From: Camelus dromedarius
Taxonomy: Eukaryota
Direction: 5' to 3'
DNA: 64,000 nt
NCBI RefSeq assembly: GCF_036321535.1
Contig: NC_087437.1
Span: forward strand, 57,724,001 to 57,788,000
Position 1 is the stretch's first letter, and the number at the start of each line of letters is the position of its first letter. The position numbers were made by a program, and so were the translations under genes. Below, piece by piece: positions 39,840 through 53,650 of this stretch. The notes below the pieces were generated by a model. It worked only from the letters and a program-made list of their open reading frames with translations. It searched no databases and had not been told where the DNA came from.

Positions 39840-40140
39840 GCAGTGTTTACAAGTGTGTTTTTTAATTTAACTTTGAGTTGCCAAAATTATTAAAATTATG
39901 AGATGTCACCTAAAATATCTAAATTTTCTACATCTCTGGATTTTTTTTTTTTTTAATTTCTGCAAAATTCAGTAACACAGAGCCTGCATTCCTGCCTAGA
40001 ACCAATTGGCTGGAGCTGGTTAGCAGCTGCTCCATTTCTCCATTTGGCAAGTTCTGTAATCCCCTGTTTGTCACAGTTCTCCCCACTGCCTAACTACTAG
40101 CCTGCTTCAGTCACTTCCCCACCTGTCAGATGTATCTAGA
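39840..40140. mobile_element. MER102-like hAT-Charlie relic
   Basis: It contains 'gagatgtcacctaaaatatctaaatttt...gtaacacagagcctgcattcc...aattggctggagctggttagcagctgc'. Confidence 0.6.
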
Positions 40141-42269
40141 CGCATTTACTGTGTCACCTCCTCTTAGATGCTGCAGCAGCTAACAGCCAGGGCCCTTGGG
40201 AGCTGTCCCTAGTGCTGACTCAAAACTTTGGTGTAGATCATACTCAACCTGATCTTTTTCCAAGGCCTGACCTTTGTTCATTTACCAACCCCTGCTTCTT
40301 TGTCCATTTGTCCTTCCAAGACCACACCAAAACATGAAACAGACACTTACCCCGTCTTTGTGCTCACCCCTAGCCTAGTCCTTAGCTTCAGCTCTACAAG
40401 CCATTACCCTAGGCTCAAGCTCACCTGTCTGACCATGCTTCTCTCTGAAGATTTTCACACTTGGACTCTGCCCTGTTTACACCCACCATTCAAGTCACTG
40501 CTGGGCCTTTGGAAGGGTGTTGTACTGTATGTACAATCAAGTGTTGTAGCATTGCTTAAAGTGTTTTATTTAGAATTTAATTATAAATTTAAAAGTAAGA
40601 AACATACAATTCTTATTGTATATCATGTGCAACCTCTTGGTTTGAGATTAGTTGAAGCGTCTTTCTAATTTTATCCCTTGCATTTCATCTGCTTAGAAAG
40701 TATGGCAACTTAGTTAAGTCATAAAAAATACCATGAAAAAAATATGCTTCTATAAAAATGTAGAAGCATTAGGTCAGACATTTTAATGTGTTCCTAGCTC
40801 TACCTCCAGTACCTATAACAGTGGGACATATTCTGTAAATATTCTGTTGTATTAGTGAATAAATGTCAGGGTATTGGACACTCAGCCTAGTATTGTGCTT
40901 CAGACAAATGAGGCTACAAGATAGAAAACATGGTTGTACTCTGTGATAAAATCTCAAAAATAATAAGAATGTAGTCTATAACACTTCCCCAAATACCCCC
41001 AACTACTTAACTGTGAACTAAAACTTTTCGCTCACATGTCGTTTTCCTAAGCCTATTTATATTCTGGATCTGTAACATCCCTAAGAACAATGAAATTTGT
41101 CCTTTAATTACCTCTTAATAAAAGCAACACTTCTACTGGTTCTATACCTGAAACAGACCAATGGACACCATAATTATAAAACAATCTGGGGAACAATTTC
41201 TAACATAGAAACATTTCACTCATTGCTAATAATCACATATGAAAATAAAGTTCCCTTGATATTGCTGAACTCAGGTCTGAATCGTGCCTTCCAACCACAC
41301 TCACATTCCTTCCCTCTCTGTCTCTCTGAGCAAAACTTCTTGTACAAAGCAGACACTCATCACACTTAGTGTGAAACAGAAGTCTCCCAGTCCATTAGTG
41401 CTACTTGTGTCACTATCACCCTGGAGATGACACAGTGATGGTTCTGTTCTTTCTCTTTGGTCCCACTCAATACAGAAAACTTTAGCCCTTGATAAATTAA
41501 TACCACGATATCACCAAACAAAATAATGAACAAACAACCATTAGAGACAAAAGAATGTTTTGTGAACATTAATTAAAAATAGGCACCTTATTTTGCTTCC
41601 AGTATGAAATAAATTGTCAGGAAACTGAATTTATAGACTGACCTGATTTCTAAGACTTGCTTAAAACAAAAAGAACCTCATATGACCATTTCTTTTCCTT
41701 TTAGTGTAATACTTGGGAGGTTTTGAAACTACATCACAATCAGCGCTTTGTCCTTCAGTGCACTAATTCAACTGATTTCATGACAAATTACTTTGTCAGA
41801 AATCAACAACTGCAGGTTAGAGATAGCAGTAAAGTCACATGAAAAACCAAATTGGGGCTATTTTGGACCTGTGAGCCTTATGATGGGGTGTTTTAATTTA
41901 TGCATCATAGAAATCTCTTTACACCAGTCTGCCTGTAATTGCAGCAGCTCACAGTGCTTGCTTGCTCTTTAGTTTCACTTTATTCTAGAAAAGCTGGTAA
42001 GAAAAAAATCACTCTATGTAACTGGAAAGTTGCAATAGCAAGCTCACTCTGAGATATTATCTGATTATTCTGTATCCCATCGTCTCACTAATAATAATAA
42101 TAATAATAACAGTAGTAACAAAAGGCTTTGGTGAATTTCAAATCATCATATGGAATGATATATTAATTTTCTCTATAAAAAATTCCAATTTTCCTATGTG
42201 AATATAAAATTCTATACTACATACAACCTTCTGCCTTAACCCAGTCTTCCCTCTGGGGCCAACACTGTG

Positions 42270-42812
42270 AAAGAAAACCCATTTAATTGCCTATGTAATA
42301 TCCATTTCCTCTTTGCTAAGAGAGTGCCAGTGTTCTCAGGGCAACAATATGCTTAGTCTCAGGCAATGGATGGTAGCTGATATAAGACAATCTTAATACT
42401 ATGCCCAAGTTCCCAGCCTCACTTTCAGCCAGGGGTCACCCACTTTTCCTAATGAGACTTGGGAGGAAGTCTTTGTGGGGATGTTTAGGAAACTTTTACT
42501 CCTTAATAAAAGAGAACCAATGTGGCTAACATCACTCTGTCACCAACTGCTTTAAATTTAGACTTGATATCTGGAGCTACAGCAACTATCTTGAGACTAT
42601 AAAGCAGTAAGTATGAATATAAATGACAGCATGCTAGGATGCCACAGTGCAAAGACAGCTCCTAGATCCTACTGGCTTTGTTGAGTTTTAAGTGAAAGTC
42701 AGTAATATGCCTACTTCCAGACATCTTAGTAGTTGAGAAAAATCAACCCATCTGATTAAGACACTTACTGAAGTCTTCTGTGACTTGCAGGTGAGTGCTT
42801 TCTAACTGATAC
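42270..42812 (+). mobile_element. MLT1J-like MaLR LTR
   Basis: It contains 'ttcccagcctcactttcagccagggg' and 'ctggagctacagcaactatcttgagac', and ends 'tctaactgataca'. Confidence 0.65.
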
Positions 42813-43039
42813 AATTATCCTTCTGTAAAATAGCTCAGGGGTTGTCAAAAATGTTCTCTTTCTCCTTGTCTCTCTCTCCAAATCTACACTGCACTATAGC
42901 TCTCAAACACAGTGCACTTCTGCCATCTAAACTGCTCATCAGTCTCTGAATTCTCTCTGCGGCCCATCATGTCTGGATCTTTGTAAATGGTTCCCCTTCT
43001 ATTAGTGAAGTCCTTTGTCATCCTTACTTTTCCTCATCA

Positions 43040-43243
43040 AAAGCTGTTATAGTATAGGCATATTCCAGGACTCAGAAAATCCACTCCTACGACTATTCCC
43101 AACAGTAATGCATATACACATTCACAAAAAGAGAAGTACAAGATTATTCATAGCAGCACTGTTCACAGAGACCACAAACTAGAAACCACTCAGTGACCAC
43201 CCACAGCAGAATGGATAATAAATGCATGGTATATTGACAACAA

Positions 43244-43318
<75 letters not shown>

Positions 43319-43660
43319 ATAGAATAAACCAGAACTAAAGCTACAAGCAACAATTTGGATAGGTATCACAAACATAACACTGAACAACGTATCCAGACAT
43401 AAAAAACATACACTGTATTACTTCGTTTAGAGTTTTAAAACAGACAAACAAATCTACAATGTCAAAGCAAGATAACTGCTGCCCTTGGGGAAGGCACTGA
43501 CTAGAAGGAGGCACAAGAAGGGTACGGGGCTGCTGGTGATGTTCGGTTTCTAGTCCACATAATGGATACATGGGTGTGCTCACCTTGTGAAATTATACCA
43601 AGCTATATATTTGCAATTTATGCACTTCTCTATAAGCAATATTTAAATAAGTAATCAAAA
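43040..43660 (+). mobile_element. Old L1ME-type 3' fragment with an internal (TAAA)n
   Basis: It contains 'ttcatagcagcactgttcac...aaactagaaacc...gaatggataataaa' and 'ggggctgctggtgatgttc...catgggtgtgctcac'. Confidence 0.7.
43242..43321. repeat. (AATA)~20 tetranucleotide microsatellite
   Basis: A perfect array read directly from the sequence. It explains the 'YLFI' repeat ORFs. Confidence 0.95.
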
Positions 43661-44059
43661 ACAAAAAGTTTACCCATGACAAAAATAATCATTAACATAG
43701 TTTCATTTCTCCCATAATCCTTTCCCTGGTTCCTTCTTTATTTCAATTTAACTTTTCTCTATTATTTCTCCATAGAACTTTGTCTATACCTACTCTATAA
43801 TTCATATCCCAGGCTGCTTTGTATTAAGGTGTTTGTATATGTAACTTCCTCTAGCTCCAGAAGACTGTGATCTCCCTGAAGGCAGGGACCACATCTGTGC
43901 CATCTCATCCTGCAATGCACAAATTAGGTCAGGAACACCTCTGAATGGTGTTTTAATTCAAAACACCTTCTTATGAAATTTATGTCCCAAAGATCATTGG
44001 TTTGTGTCTTTGAGTTTACATAATCTAATAATATGGAAGTTTGAAATGCTGAAGGCAGC

Positions 44060-44285
44060 TGCAGCGGAGTGGAAGGTTCATTAGATTAAAAATGTAATGA
44101 CTTCACTTGCAAATCTTCACTTGCCACTCATTTATGCTGTGGAACTTTACACAAGTCACTTCACCTCTCGCATCTACGGTTTCTTCATCTAAAATAAGGG
44201 GAAAATCACGTTTGCCTCACAGAAATGCTCTGTGTCTCAAGAGCGCTGATGCACTTAAGTGTTTTCTAAGCTCCCAGGCACCATG
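44060..44285 (+). mobile_element. MIR SINE
   Basis: It contains 'ttgccactcatttatgctgtgg...caagtcacttcacctctc...gtttcttcatctaaaataagg'. Confidence 0.65.
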
Positions 44286-45120
44286 CAAACTGGAGGTCCT
44301 ATTCTCCACTGTCCAGTATTTTCTAGCCTTTTTTCACGTCATGAAAATGGCACACCTAGACAATCAGAATTATTGTCGCATTCTGGATTAAGATGACAAG
44401 TCTCCTTAGGGCTGAAGGACAGAAACTATGCACCCTGGTTAGAAAGCTGTATTTGAGAGAACCATTAACTCATTAGAATTAAAAAATTCTAGTTCAAATG
44501 GGATCAAGACTTTTTGTCTCTTTCTAGCAATAAGGGTGCCTCCATCGGTAAATCGAGCTCAATTGCAAAAAGTGGGTCTATGAGACAGTTTGTTCCCAGC
44601 ACCATCTGAAACCAAACAGGAGTATCATCCATCATATAAAAGCAACCATACCACCAATTCAGTTCCCCAAAACCGAATTTACAATGTTGTGCTTGTTTAT
44701 GTTTAGGTGGATGTCTTGGTGGCACTACAGGAAGAAAAACTCTCTCAGCAGCCTTTATTTACATCTCACATGGCTAATGAGAATTGTAAACAACTGATCA
44801 ATATTTCAGCAGGAAGGAAATAGTTATTTCACACACTCTGTTAATCACCTTTTCTAGCCAGGAGGTCCTTATCCTTAGTTAATGTATGAATGTAACCTGA
44901 ACCATTCATTTTCTAACAAATTATTTCTTAATTCTTTCCTCCACTACTTCTCCATGAGAAAGTAAAAATATATATATGAATATGAACAAAGGTAGGATTT
45001 AGTGTCCTTTCTTTTAAGTTACTGGGATATTAGTAGTGAGATGTGGAGGGTGGAGGGGGAGAAATGACTATCAATCACCATTACATTAGCAGGGAGTTTG
45101 CTGAAATTGTCTCTCTTGTT

Positions 45121-45385
45121 TAGTATTTCCCAAAGCATGACGTGCAAAATGATTTTAGGGGACATCTTGATGAAATCTTTAAAACAGAATGGTTATATTA
45201 AAATAACCATCTTTATAATAGAAAAAACCCAGCATATTAAACTTGTGATTTTATAGATATAATTTTCAGGACAAAGCTAAATTGATTTTTTTTTTTAAGT
45301 ATGTTGACTCAAAGAAAAACAATGACAGGGAGCACACAGGTACGGCGAAATTACACAGGAGGGGCATGAATGTCTAGAGTTTATC
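45121..45385. mobile_element. Charlie4z-like hAT relic
   Basis: It contains 'tagtatttcccaaagc...atgattttagg...aaacttgtgattttatagatataatt...aggacaaagctaaa'. Confidence 0.55.
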
Positions 45386-48099
45386 GCTCCTGACATACCA
45401 CCAGATGTAGGGAAAGTCACTTTAAGGATGCTGTCCTCTGCGTCAGTTCCAAAAGGCTACTCTAATTCATATGTAGGATGGCAGCTACAAAGTGATGCTG
45501 CAAGATAAAATTACTCCCAGTATGACTGAAGAATAATCATCTCAACAAGTGATGACGGGAATTACAAATTGAGGAGACAAACGGAAGTGCCTCGACAATG
45601 GGTGGCAGGAGTCCAGGGTCCCTGCTGTCCTCAGACACCCAGTTCTGAGACCGGGTGCCTTTTAGCACGTTCCCTTTTTGAACTTCAGCCAGCTTGTCTG
45701 TAACAGGACTAAACTGTCTCTAAGGTTCCTTCCAACAACATCAATCTATGAGTCAAAGTATAATACATTAACTCTGCATTAGGAGCACAGTGAGCTGTTA
45801 AGTATGACAAATGGACTTACTGTTAACTAAGTGGCCCATAAATTAAATTGTTGCTTCTTCCACTCAATTTATCCACTTACTCAGAGCTGTGTGCTAAAGA
45901 GCTTTACTATTTTACAGTGAATTGTACCCCACTGAAGGAAAAGTCTTCAGAAGCTGACATTTTTTTCCCCACCATTTAGTAGAGCTCAAGCTACACACCA
46001 ATGACACGGTTCTGACCTCCTGGATCAGAACAGAATGACAACAACACGTACTCAGGGACTTACCTAAAGACTTCAGAGTCGAAAGGGCAACTTTCGTATT
46101 CCTAGGCACCTTTGGAACTAAATTCAAAATCCTTCCGCTGCTTAGCATAACCAACCATTAGTTCACCTCTGTAACTGTCCCCCAACCTCCGTTACAGCTC
46201 AGAAAACGTGCTGGCTCTTCCTCACACGAGGTCTTCGACGTGACACAGAGTGTTCGAGCGAGGAAAGACTTCATAGTACTTCTGCTTCGAATCAGATGTT
46301 TAAAACCCTCCGCAATGTCTCAACAACCCTACAGCATCTGCTAGTACAGTAACGGTGACTGAAGAGTCATAAGCAGCCAAAGCATTCATCGTGTGTTCTC
46401 TACAACTGCGTTCGTGCTCTTCTTTCAAATCCAACCCCTCAAACCTACCTCTGCTCCCTTGAAATAACCAGACTGTCATAGTCTACCTCCATCTTCTCTT
46501 CTCTTCTCTAGGTTAACTATCTGTAAGGCCTTTACCTGCTCCTTATAAGTCACAATTTCAAACCCTGTTAATATCCTGGTCAGCATCTCTGAGATGTCCC
46601 CTAGTTTGATAATACCCTTTGGGAAGAATGCTACCCAAGACCAGACAGTCTCCTCCTTCCCACCTCCAGGGTCTTGTAACCAGCATGGAGTACAATGATG
46701 CAGCCTGCTGCAGTATCCTGTTCCCTCTCTCATTTGCGATTTCTTTCCCAAATTTATGGGATGCAGGTTGAAACACAGCTGTAGTGCAGAGAGAGGTACT
46801 TGTGAAGCTCTCAGGCTTACCTTCCATATTTGAAAATGCTGCAGAAGAATTTAGGGGTTTAGGCTGACATACAATATTTAATTATAATTCAAGTATAATT
46901 CAAAAATATAATTCAAGAAATATAATTCAAAAATCATCCTAATCTCTGAGGAAAACTAACAAAACTAATACTGAACAAAGCTAGATACCCACATATGCAT
47001 TTAGATCTGTGTGTTTTCATATGTGTAAACACGTACATTTTAAACAGCCCTACTTTGCATCACAAATGATGATGGGGTGTGAATGATCACTTTTCAAAGA
47101 TATTTGTGTAATGTAGTGTAAAACTGTGTTTACAAAAGCTATTTTTCACAATTTGCATCAACAATTATATATATATATACTACATATAGATACTATATAT
47201 ATACACACATATAAAATTTACAGTTAAAAGTCTTTATCAGTCATGAAATGTTTTCCACTCATTTGATCTTTGTAACTGTAGGATGGAAGCAGGGAAAAGC
47301 CAGCACACTCATTTTCATATGAACACTCACAATGTCACAAAATTCATATAGTCTGCAAATTACAGAGCCAAAAATAAAACCCAGGCTTTTGGATTCCAGA
47401 TCCAACCTGACTTCATGGTATTCTTCTTCCTAAATAATCAAGTTTCTGAGCACCTAGTTTGGACTCAATATACAGGTGTAAATCTTAATGGTCCCCTTTG
47501 TCCCAATTTCTTGAACATGTGTGTGCTAGATTTGGCAATCTTGTGGATATTTATGTGTATTCCTACAAGAGAGGAAAGTATATGACTGCCACTTTTTCAA
47601 TCGGTAACTATGTGCCTAAAATCTTAATCAAAGTGTTTCTAACCACAATCTGTGACAGCCAGAAACTTCCATTAATATCCCCGTAGAGGAACCACATTGG
47701 CTCCAAAACCCATTAGCAGCCTCCAGTGCTCAATGCTTAAGAGAATTCCTAGGAGGGGAAATCCAAAAATAAGAAAAGCCAAAGCTAAGAGATTAAAGAT
47801 TTATAAGAAGTCAAAATTTGCAACCCCATCTTCTGCCACCCCAAGTCAATGCTCTTGCCACTACTGCAATACACTGTGTTGCTTAAAACAGAAGTTCCCA
47901 AGTCTAGCTCTACACTATAATTACTGGGAAAGCTTTTTAAAAACTTAAGCACATGGGACCTTTTTGATAGGTCCCTGATAGGAGGTATAGTGTAGGACAA
48001 GGCAATCTGTTTTTTAACAAGTCTGATGTAACCATGATGTAACTGGTCCAAGCATGGAATGTGTTAACCATGGGAAGCCAACTACTCTGGCAATATTCT

Positions 48100-49800
48100 C
48101 AATCTCTCTCCTGTAACAGCAGCTTTCCTTTTCCTAGTTAATCACACTCATTAGCACATAAATATACCATAACATTTCACAAAAACAATGTTCCCCTTGA
48201 TCCCACATTCCCTCATCTCTCCACACAACTTTACTGTAAAACTCTTAGAAAGATTCTTCTGTATTCATTCTCTCCACTATCACACCTTCTAGTCCTTTAA
48301 GCCCATTCCAATCAGACTTTCACACCCACCTCTCCGCTGAAATTACTCGCCAAGATTAGGGAAGCCCTCCACATTTCCCAGCCTAAAGTTCCATCTTCAG
48401 CCTGCATGCTACCAATCTCTCGTCAGCATGTGACCCAGTTGGTCATCCTTTCTTGCCACTTTCTTCACTTACATCCTGTTACCACACTCGCCTGAGTTCC
48501 CTCCACCTTTCAAGCTAGTCCTTCTGAGTCTCTTTGGTAGCATTTAGCTCCTAATGGCTCAGTACAGGAGTACTGCAGGCTTAGTCCTCAAATCTCTCCT
48601 TTTCTGTATCAACACTAATTCCTTATGTAACTGAGTACAGTTCTGGGATTCTAAATACCATCTATATGCTGATTAATCATACATTCATATCTCCAGCCCT
48701 GGACCCCACTAAATTCCAGGCTTGTATCTTTCAGGTCAGTGTCTGTGTTTTATTCTATGTCAAATTTAACATATGCAAAACAGAACACTTGAGGGGGCCA
48801 AGGTATATATAGCTCAGTGGTAGAGTGCCTGCCTAGTATGCCCAAGGTCCTGGGCATACCCAGTACCTCCATTAAAAAAGGAATAACCTAATTACCTCCC
48901 CCCAAAAAAGATGAAAAAAATTATAAATAAAAAACAAACAAAACAGAACACTTGAGTTTATCTCCCCAAAGCAACTCTACGCTTCTTTGTTTCCTAACTC
49001 AATGAAAGATACCCCTCTTCCCTCACTCAGGCATAATTACCTGAGTCACCTTTGACCTCTCTCCTTCTCTCGATCAGTTAGTAAGTCCTGTCAACTCTAC
49101 CTCAAAACACATCCCAAACCAGACCATGTCTCACCACCTAGCACATTTGACTCTATTCCAAGCCTGTCACAAAAATACTGTAATAGCCTCTTAAATAGTC
49201 TCCCTGATACAAGTCTATTATCATACTGCAGCCAGAGTGATCCATTCAAAATACAACCCTGCTCAAAACCCTTTAGCAATTTTGCATAATTCCCAAAATA
49301 AATTCCAAACATTGGCCACAGCCTACCACACCATAAACAACATTCTTTCCTACCACGCGTCCTCCTTTTGCTCCTGCCCCGCTGCCCTTCTCCCTCATCT
49401 TCGAGTATGTCGAGCCTATTCCTGCTTCGGGACCCTTGCACTCACTGCTCCTTCCAGTGAGACCAAGTTCTCCCTCAGTAATCGCAGGCTTGATCCCTCA
49501 CTTCCTTGCACCTCTACCTAAAAGCCATGCCCCCAGAGAAGACTGCTGTATCTAAAGAGATCTTCCTTTCACTCTCTAGCCCCTTAATGTGTTTATTTCT
49601 CGTTACAGCACTTACCACCACCTGACACTATATTATATGCACGTTAGTTGTTTATTTATTTATTGTTTTACTTCTGCACCAGAAAGTCAGCTCTTAAAAT
49701 TGACATTGTTTCGCTCACCACTGAATCTCCAGCAATCAGAATAGTACCTGGCAAAGAGTAGGCCGTAGACAAGTGAAGGAATGAAGGAAAGAATGAGCAA
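48100..49800 (+). mobile_element. Long L2 fragment, interrupted by a SINE
   Basis: A pyrimidine-rich L2 body ('aaataccatctatatgctgat', 'actgtaatagcctcttaaatagtctccctg') ends 'gaatagtacctggcaaagagtagg...gaaggaatgaa'. Confidence 0.8.
48794..48938 (+). mobile_element. Vic-1-type SINE with perfect TSD
   Basis: It reads TAGCTCAGTGGTAGAGTGC...CCTAATTACCTCCCC followed by an A-rich tail. CAAAACAGAACACTTGAG occurs at 48776-48793 and 48939-48956. Confidence 0.9.
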
Positions 49801-51859
49801 ATTTAGCCTGAAACACATGCTCTTTCTTGGCCCTACGCCTTAGCGCATGTTTTCCCCTTTACCCAAAATGTCCTTCCCATCATTTTCTATGCAAGGTGGA
49901 TGCCTATCTATTCTTAAAAATGCATCTCTGGCAGCATATTCCTCTGAAGCCTTTCCAGATAAACCTCCTCGACTACACACACACACACGCACGCACACAC
50001 ACATATCACTAAGCAGAAGGAACTGCTCTCATCTCTCTATTTCCAAGATAAATCGTTCCTACCTTTAGTCTAGCACCTACCCCTGAAGATGCGTTTTTTG
50101 CTTATTATCTTCGCTCCCTTGCCACACTACGAATTCCTTGTGGCAGGAGTTGACTTATCTCTATATGTCCAATGCCAAGCACATACTAGGAACCCAATTA
50201 TGTCTAGAATATGTCTGACTGCTAGTGCCCATATGAGCTTTTACTATTTCCTCCTGTTTGTGCTAAGTTATTTTTATTAGAAGCGGCCATTAATTAATGT
50301 GATTACTATACTTGAAAGTAGCTCATTTGTCCTCTCCGCCTCATAGACTAAAGTGCCTACGGATCCCAGAAATTAAACTTGAATATAGTGTAGATTTGCT
50401 CACCACTGACTGAAAACTAAGTGATGTTAAGCCCTCAATAACAGAAGTCAGTCTGCACACTGGAGTATATGACCACATCCTTTGCAGACCATTGGTGAGA
50501 GTTTAAAGGAAGGTTAAAATCAACAAAATGCCCTAACCTGTCATACTGTCCCTCTTCACAATGCACACTGGAAAGGTTCTACACTGTCCATGAGAATAGC
50601 ATCCTTTTCAAGCAGCATCAAAACAGCATAGGCCAGAAAAATGTGTGTGCAACGAGATGTGATGGCTACTGGAAGATACAATTCTCATTCCAAAGAAACT
50701 GTAAGTTTCATGTTGATAAAACACTAACTCACACCCTCTCCGTGAAGACAATACAAAATGGAGCTTTATTTTACCTCCAGTATAGCCCTGTGTCATAAAT
50801 GCATCAAATACAGTAATAACAGTAATAATAAATTAGTTATATTTGTATTATGCTTTTTTAAATTTTGCCCTTCAGCATGTGCACTATTTCAGTTAGACTT
50901 CAAACAATGCTTTCATGGAGGAAGAATGCTTTTATGCACCTTACAGATGAGGATTTTGAGGCTCACAGAGGTTAGGAACCTTGCCTAAGTTCATGAAATG
51001 AGGGAATGAAAGATCCCAAATTAGTGTCCAGATTCCATATATTAAAACTCCTGGATTCTAAGTCCAGCCACTTTACATGATATGGGGCTTTGAATAACTG
51101 TCTCAAGTTTGCTGTTTCTTCATCTGCCAAATAAAAGTGTGTTTTCAATTCCTAAAATTGTTGCTGGGACCCAAATATTATGATTCTAAATTTTGAGGCA
51201 CTTACACTCCCTGTGTAGGATGTTAAATGGTCCCTCCTCATTAGAAGATTTCAGCACAGGCATCATGGTTTGCTTCCTAACACGCGTGTCGTGACGATGA
51301 CAGCAAGGTTCATTAGATCACTGACACCTGGTCATGCCAAACAGCTTCAGGAGGTGAAGAGGTCAATCAGAACACAGCCTTCACTCAGTTTTAATGTCTG
51401 CCTTGGAAATACACTTCCATCGTTTGAGAAAGCTGGCTATATTCAGCTATACGGAACCTGCTAAGGAGGCCCAGGTGGCTTGGAAAGTAGAGCTGGCACA
51501 GATCTGAAGTCATTGGACAGCCTCGGCTCCACCTAGTCTTTCGTTTCTTTTTCCTCTTACATCTCTAGAGGGATTTGCTTCCGTCTTAAGTACTCACTGT
51601 AGTTCCAGCTCAGCCAAGAACCACTCCCTCTCAATTCAAAGACGACAAAGTACACCCTGTTTACAATTTCCAAGAGCAGGAAAGGGAAGGTCAGTACACA
51701 ACCAGAGGAGACAGAGGTGGAAGGCAGACCATACAGGTGTTTCTGTAGCCCCACTGATACAATAAAACCAAAGCCCTAAACAATACAGCAATTATTCAGC
51801 TGACACTGCAAATTCCTTTGACTCTAGTCCACTGTGCAACAGTCCAGCCAAACTCTGTT

Positions 51860-51990
51860 CAACAGCTTGTAATAACCTATTATGAAAAAGAACATGAAAA
51901 AGACTATATATCATGTATAACTGAATCACCATGTGGTACACCAGAAACTTAACATATTGTAAATCAACTAAAATTCAATTTAAAAAAAGA
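51860..51990 (+). mobile_element. Short L1 3' end
   Basis: It contains 'ttgtaataacctattatgaaaaagaa...gtataactgaatcac...tacaccagaaac...tcaatttaaaaaaa'. Confidence 0.75.
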
Positions 51991-52199
51991 TGATTGTTTC
52001 TTAGTGACTCACTGATCTCTCCAGCTGCAGTGACCCCCCCCACCCCCATTCTGCCCCACTCAATACCCAATTAGGAATCCAACCCTGGATACAGAGTTTT
52101 TTTCTCCTTAACACAGGGCTGGATGTGAAAAAAAATCAGGGAATATCAGCCAAGCAAGGCTGCTCGTCCTACTATGAGTCAATACACATTCCCAAAGGA

Positions 52200-52435
52200 A
52201 CATACAGATAATAAATCTACTACACTCAGTGTCAGGCAGTGTTCTAAGAGTTTCATATGTATTAACTGATTTTACTCTGCACCACATCCCTACAAGGTAG
52301 GTGCTGCTGCTATTACCATTTTACAAATGAGAAAACCGAGGCCCTGAGGGGTTAAGACACCTGTCCGAGGTCACATAACTGGTCAGTCTCAGAGGCAGGT
52401 CAAACCCAGGCCGCGTGGCCCACGCTCTCGGCCAC
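52200..52435 (-). mobile_element. MIR SINE
   Basis: It contains 'ccattttacaaatgagaaaaccgaggccctgaggggttaag...gtccgaggtcacataactggtcag'. Confidence 0.75.
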
Positions 52436-53203
52436 CGCTCCAGATTCCCTCACGCCCCGCTACATGTTTCAGAACCTGATGCATCTGTATTAAAAGGGGT
52501 GAATTTCAAAAACACAGAATTGAGTGAAAAAATAAGATGCAGAGAGATAAGTACAGTTCACGACCACTTCTATAAATTTTAGAAACACTCAAAACAGTAT
52601 CCTATATGACACATGTTAAGTAAAAGCATGGACTGGAGGAGCATATAGCACGCGACCTGAGGAGGAAGGCACGCTAGAACAGAGCTGGAAACAGTTCTAA
52701 GTGCTTTTAATTTTATCAGCAGTGTTTGACTTCTTTATTTTAAGCAAATCTGAAATACACATGGCACAATGCTAATAATTTGCCCATTCTGAGTCGCAGG
52801 CATATTAGTGTCTGTCACATTAATCTCTGACTGTTTCTGTATTTTAACCTTGAAAAAAACACTATGTATATTTTATCTCCTATTCCTTCTTGTGCCCTCC
52901 CAATTCCAATTTCAGTTGAAATAACACAACCCAGAGCATTCTGGAAAACAAAATCATAATGGTGAGCCACCTAAGGCTAGTCAGCCTCGTGTACACTACA
53001 GCTAGAGTATTCCTGGCTTGATGAAAGCAAACTAACCCTTAATCTGCTCAAGTAGAACTTGAACTGAGCACATGTAAACAATCACAGCAGCAAAAAAAGA
53101 ATTATCAGAGAAGATAACCTAAAAACAAAAACCTTGGAGACAGTTTATCTCTACACCCAACATAGCAGTCCCTTCCAGAATAATGACAATGCTAACTACC
53201 ACT

Positions 53204-53650
53204 AAATGCCATTTGCAGCAACATGGATGGACCCAGAGATGGTCACTCTAAGTGAAGTAAGCCAGAAAGAGAAAGAAAAATACCATGTGATATCACTCAT
53301 GTGGAATTTGAAAGAAAGAAAAAAAGAAGACACAAATGAACTCATCTACAAAACAGAAACAGACTCACAGACATAGGAAACAATCTTACGGTTATCGGGG
53401 GAAAGAGGGTGGGAAGGGATAAATTTGGGAGTTTGAGATTTGCAAATGTTAATCACTATATGTAAAAAATAGATAAAAAACAATATTTTTCTGTATAGCA
53501 CAAGGAACCATATTCAATATCTTATAAAAACTTTTAATGAAAAAGAATAAGAAAACAAATACATGTATATATATGCATGACTGGGACATTATGCTGTACA
53601 CCAGAAATTGACACATTATAACTGACTATACTTCAATAAAAAAAAAAAAA
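53204..53650 (+). mobile_element. 5'-truncated camelid-type L1 3' end
   Basis: It runs from 'atgccatttgcagcaacatggatggac...agtgaagtaagccagaaagagaaag' to AATAAA and a poly(A). Its 3' part is closely similar to 29481-29700. Confidence 0.9.

Noticed and set aside
43144..43387. ORFs with YLFI repeats resembling a membrane peptide
   Set aside because: They are translations of the (AATA)n microsatellite.
46880..46932. Four ~13-bp TATAATTCAA-containing units
   Set aside because: It is a small AT-rich minisatellite without unique spacers.
48805..48870. tRNA-like sequence (TAGCTCAGTGGTAGAG)
   Set aside because: It is the head of a SINE with a tail and TSD, and does not form a complete cloverleaf.
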